From positions 1 through 64,000 of the forward strand of contig NIVC01002511.1 in assembly GCA_002269645.1 (NCBI GenBank): 64,000 nucleotides of DNA, in the 5' to 3' direction. The DNA comes from Macrostomum lignano. Its lineage: Eukaryota. The notes under the pieces were generated by a model. The model had not been told where the DNA came from. It did no database searches and worked only from the letters and a program-made list of their open reading frames with translations. The number at the start of each line of letters is the position of its first letter. The stretch's first letter is position 1. Made by a program: the position numbers and the translations under genes. This document shows, piece by piece, positions 59,700 through 64,000 of this stretch.

Positions 59700-59962
59700 C
59701 ATAATCATAGTAGTAGTAATAATAACTGATTACAACTGCCCTAATGGGTACAGATGTGCAACCGACAGCTCAGCCGCAGCTATTGCGCGGCGCATCTGAA
59801 GGCTGCGTACGGCTGTCCAGGCCACACACCCTCAATTACCCCAGCTAATGCAGAGTTAAGTGTCTTGCTCAAAGACACGAAATTGTTCCTATAGTGGGTC
59901 GAGAATCGAAACCCCGACCTTTCAGTCGTGAGGTGGACGCTCTGACTACTAGGTACAACTCC
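59700..59962 (-). mobile_element. CORE-SINE family B copy with two internal deletions, 85 bp after the UBTD stop
   Basis: The reverse complement aligns with 13924-14231 (tRNA head, GTGTCTTTGAGCAAGACACTT, CAGCCGTACGCAG...GTTGCACATCTG, GTAATCAGTTATTATT). Confidence 0.85.
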
Positions 59963-61654
59963 TAAGTTTATTGAAGAATGGGTTTGGATAGCCCAGCGGT
60001 TATTGCTGCCGACTTGCCCCGTTGAAAACGTTACCGTGACAGGAGTCGCTAAAGAGTCACTGCAAACAAGTCACTAGTGGCTCTAGCGACTTTGAGGCGA
60101 CTCCATCACGTGAGTTGTAGAATCGTAAGAGTCGCAGACAATAAAACACATCAAATAGACTTTTATGCCGACTATCTTTGTCGTCGTTTTTAAGTCGTTT
60201 AGGGTCACCTAAAACACAGAGTGTACATGTCTGTAGATGCGAAAGTCAGTGCCGAACTTGTACACCCTGTGTGAGCGTGTTTGATGCTCCCTTAAAGTGA
60301 ACTAACTAGCTAACAGCGGAATGCGCCGATATGTTGTGTAATAAATAAAAATTACACAAATGCTTTTCATTTCAGCCAAGCCAAGCAACACAGGCAAAAG
60401 AAAAGAATCGCCAAAATTGTTATTATTCTAATTTTTATTTGTACACCAATACGGAGCGTGGCTTTTCAACCAGGAATTGAATTATCACTTAGTACTCTGT
60501 CTTTGTGTCCGCTAATTCCAATCAGCTTTCCTTGTATCTGTTGTAATATCATATTAATAATAATACATGTCAAAATTTGGATTTTAAGTTTTGATTATAA
60601 ACTTTTTAAAAAAGATTTTTTTAATTTCGTATTATTATGTCTGTTGCCTACGTTGCAAGTACATCTTGTACTTTTAAAAAAACTTGCTTAAGCCCTATTG
60701 TGGAATTCTAAGATTTCTGTATTTGATTAGAGAACAGGCAATCGTTAAGAGCTTTTTATTATTTTCTATTCATTATAAATCTTAGCGGAATTTGTGACCT
60801 CGGCTTGAGCCTCTGACAACTGTCACCTCTCTCTCTCTCTCATATATATTGGTGATTTATTCGCTTGGCTAGTCATTCGCAATGCTGCCTCCTGTTTGTC
60901 ACACTCCTGACCTCTCTGACTCATTGTTTCCAATCTCAGTCCCCAGTCCTGTCTGTTTCGATATCCATGGCTTTAAATATATTTTTCTTGGCTAAATAGC
61001 GTCTTTCCCAATTTTGAGCAGGCTATCGAATTGATGATTCATCATTTCACAGCTAGCACCGCATTCGCTATTTAATAGTCACGTGTTGACCGAAATCTTC
61101 TGTAAATCTGGCAGTCAAACTTATCCTTAATAAAATTAAATTCGTTTAGGAATTAATATTTTTGGGCGAGTATTTGTTCACTGTTTTTAGCGATCTCCGT
61201 TTAGCTTTCAATAGCATTCAACTGTGTGTAATTATATATATATTAACATTTTATTTAACTCTGTTAATTGTATTATTCGCTTTAAACTAATTATTGAATA
61301 ATTATATATGTTTAGCAATCTTCCATTGCAGCCAATAACCGCTATTGTAATAATAAATTAATAACAATAGAATATGTACTACTGTAGTAAGTAGAGTAGA
61401 GCTGTCAAGTTGGCTAATTCCATCACGCAACCCCGCTTGACGACTTATGCATCGCACCTGCATTTCTACCTTCTGTTGTTGCTTTAATAATACAAAAAAC
61501 TATTAGTTTGTTGATTTTTGTAGCTGCATTAAAAACAGCTTAATTTGTTTTCATTTTGGTCTTCACGCGCATTAACAATAAAATGGCGCAATCTGTTTTA
61601 CTAACAGTAGGCAAATGCAGACGTTTCTGAATTTCATAAATACTTCGCAGTTTG

Positions 61655-61925
61655 GCCTACTGACAGTAGCAAAATTCAGACTTTTGTGAATTTCTTACAA
61701 AACTACGCAATTTAGCCTACTGACAGTAGCGAAATTCAGACTTTTGTGAATTTCTTACAAAACTACGCAATTTAGCCTACTGACAATCAGTAGCAAAATT
61801 CAGAGTTTTGTGAATTTCTTACAAAACTACGCAATTTAGCCTACTGACAGTAGCAAAATTCAGACTTTTGTGAATTTCTTACAAAACTACGCAATTTAGC
61901 CTACTGACAGTAGCAAAATTCAGAT
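61655..61925. repeat. 60-bp tandem repeat
   Basis: Unit ACTGACAGTAGCAAAATTCAGACTTTTGTGAATTTCTTACAAAACTACGCAATTTAGCCT, about 4.5 copies. Confidence 0.93.
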
Positions 61926-62974
61926 TATCGTGGCTGTTATTTTTCATTCAATTCAATAATTATAAGTCAAAGCGTTTATTGCTATCCCGTTGAAAAAAAA
62001 TTCGATGTATGATATGATTACTTGATAATATCTGCTTTCGAATGTGATTTGTTCCTATTAATATCATGTGTAAATCGATATTCAAGAAATGAACAAAGTG
62101 GAAGTTTGAATTTTGTACTTTATTTCCTCGATTGGATCAACTATGAGTTAAAACTATCTTAATTACAGCTTTATATGTTTCACTATTTGTTATAATGCAG
62201 AGTTTTTATTACTGACAAAAATTGCAAAAAATATAATCAAAACACTTTCTTAAGTGTTCAATTTTAATATATATGGCGTCTAGCATTGTGTTTTTATGCT
62301 GTGTTGCTTATGCACTAAATTCAATTTCATTGAAGTCTTTAATAGTTCTTTATATCTAATAGTTCTTTAATAGTTCTTTATTTAAGTCTTTAATAGTTAG
62401 TTATGAACTTATGACCCATTCAAAGTGCGGGCTATGACGTATTTTTAGACTCGGGCTATGACCCATTTACAGAAGCGGGTATGACACATTCACGAAAAAC
62501 TAGCTATGACCCATTTACAGAGGCGGGTAATGACCCATTCACAGAGGCGGGCTATGACCAAGCTCAGTGGATTTGCTGATTACGATTACAGTTTTGTTTG
62601 CTGATTAACGAGCTATTATATTGTAATATCCAGGATCTGGTTAGGCTATGGCTCTTCCAAGTGAGTTTATGACTCATTCTAATTCTCAGAATGAATGAGG
62701 CTTCAGCGTTTTCATGAAAAAAGACATTCGGCTACGCACTGTCAATAGAAATCGAGCTTGCCCCAATTAGTGGCTGGCGGCCTCGATCTGATTAGTTTTG
62801 CGCACATCATTCTACTATCTCTACTGCCAATAGTGCAAGCCGCGCATCGCTAACGGACTTGATCCGTCGTAGATGGCTGGCCGAGAGAAATCCCAATCTA
62901 CGAGTAGACACATGACACCCCAGCGAAAACCACCAGTGACCGCTGGACAAAGAAGCTGGGCAAGCAGACAGAAG

Positions 62975-63198
62975 TCAGTTAATTAGCTATTTAACTGGTT
63001 GGTTTGTTAGTTAATTAATTAGTTAATTAGTTAACTCGTTGGCTAGTTAATTCGTTAGTTAGTTAGCTAGTTAGTTAGTTAATTAGTTAGTCAGTTAGTT
63101 TGTTAGCTAGTTAATTAGTTAGTCAGTTAGTTAGTTAATTAGTTAGTTAATTAATTAATTAGTTAGTTAGTTAGTTAATTAATTAGTTAGTTAGTTAA

Positions 63199-63243
<45 letters not shown>

Positions 63244-63382
63244 CAATTAGTTAGTTAGTTAGTTAATTAGTTAGTTAGTTAGTTAGTTAGTTAATTAATT
63301 AGTTAGTTAATTAGTTAGTTAATTAGTTAGTTAGTTAGTTAGTTAATTAATTAGTTAGTTACTTAGTTAGTTAGTTAGTTAA

Positions 63383-63413
<31 letters not shown>

Positions 63414-63418
63414 ATTAA

Positions 63419-63465
<47 letters not shown>

Positions 63466-63487
63466 ATCAGTCAGTCAGTCAGTCAGA
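62975..63487. repeat. (TTAG/TTAA)n microsatellite
   Basis: Directly visible; same motif class as 38905-39690 on the opposite strand. Confidence 0.96.
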
Positions 63488-63926
63488 CCAGTTTTATTTT
63501 TAGTCGCGAAAGTCGGACGCGTTGCCGCAAAATTTATGATTTATTACTTTTTCCTGCTCAGTTGTTATGCTAGCGGAAAAGTTTTATTCATAAATCTGCT
63601 AAATACACTGTAAAAAGTTGTTTTTCAAGATTACGAGTACAATTGCTTTTGGTTTATGAGCCCTCACAATAGAAAAAGGTGCGCAATATGTTTGTTTTCT
63701 GGTTTGTTTTGACTTTTGACTTCGACTTTCTCTGTATATATTAATCTTTGATGTAAACCCACCTTGTGCTTGTATTAACAATTAGGTTCTTGCGCAGGAC
63801 ACCTGGAGTTCGAGTATGGAGACATCTGGATTGGAAACTGACAGTGGGGGTATTGTTTCAGATATGTTAGGATTAAAATTTCATTAGGATTAATAAAAAG
63901 CTCTGTGGCTTATTTGCATGGTTACT

Positions 63927-64000
63927 AGGTTGTAGCCTAGCATGATCAGAGCGTCGGACTCACGACTTGAAGGTCGGGGGTTCGATTCCCGATCCCACTG
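63927..64000 (+). mobile_element. CORE-SINE family B head, cut by the window end
   Basis: AGAGCGTCGGACTCACGACTTGAAGGTCGGGGGTTCGATTCCC, nearly identical to the 13924 head. Confidence 0.75.

Overview
Eukaryotic (metazoan) genomic DNA, not prokaryotic: GC-rich exons carrying polyQ/polyA/polyP tracts sit in AT-rich or satellite-filled introns. The style resembles the flatworm Macrostomum, but that is only an impression. I reconstructed three spliced genes by hand, with consistent GT-AG phases. (1) BTAF1/Mot1 on the minus strand, 8 coding exons 18110->3915; the helicase half lies outside the window. (2) An ARHGAP39/Vilse WW-MyTH4-RhoGAP gene on the minus strand, 8 exons 46638->22836, about 1107 aa. 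(3) A UBTD1/2 gene on the plus strand, 3 exons 47535->59615, 330 aa, head-to-head with ARHGAP39. An intronless 4-TM (tetraspanin-like topology) ORF is nested antisense in UBTD intron 1, directly downstream of a 36-bp minisatellite whose unit contains a consensus DR4 nuclear-receptor element. The window also holds two tRNA-derived SINE families (one with a MIR-like CORE domain), several TIR elements, a complex local duplication and about 25 distinct tandem arrays, roughly one private array per intron. Most long ORFs in the supplied track are satellite artefacts. No CRISPR, rRNA or functional tRNA genes were found. All homology calls come from my recall of the protein families, not from database searches.
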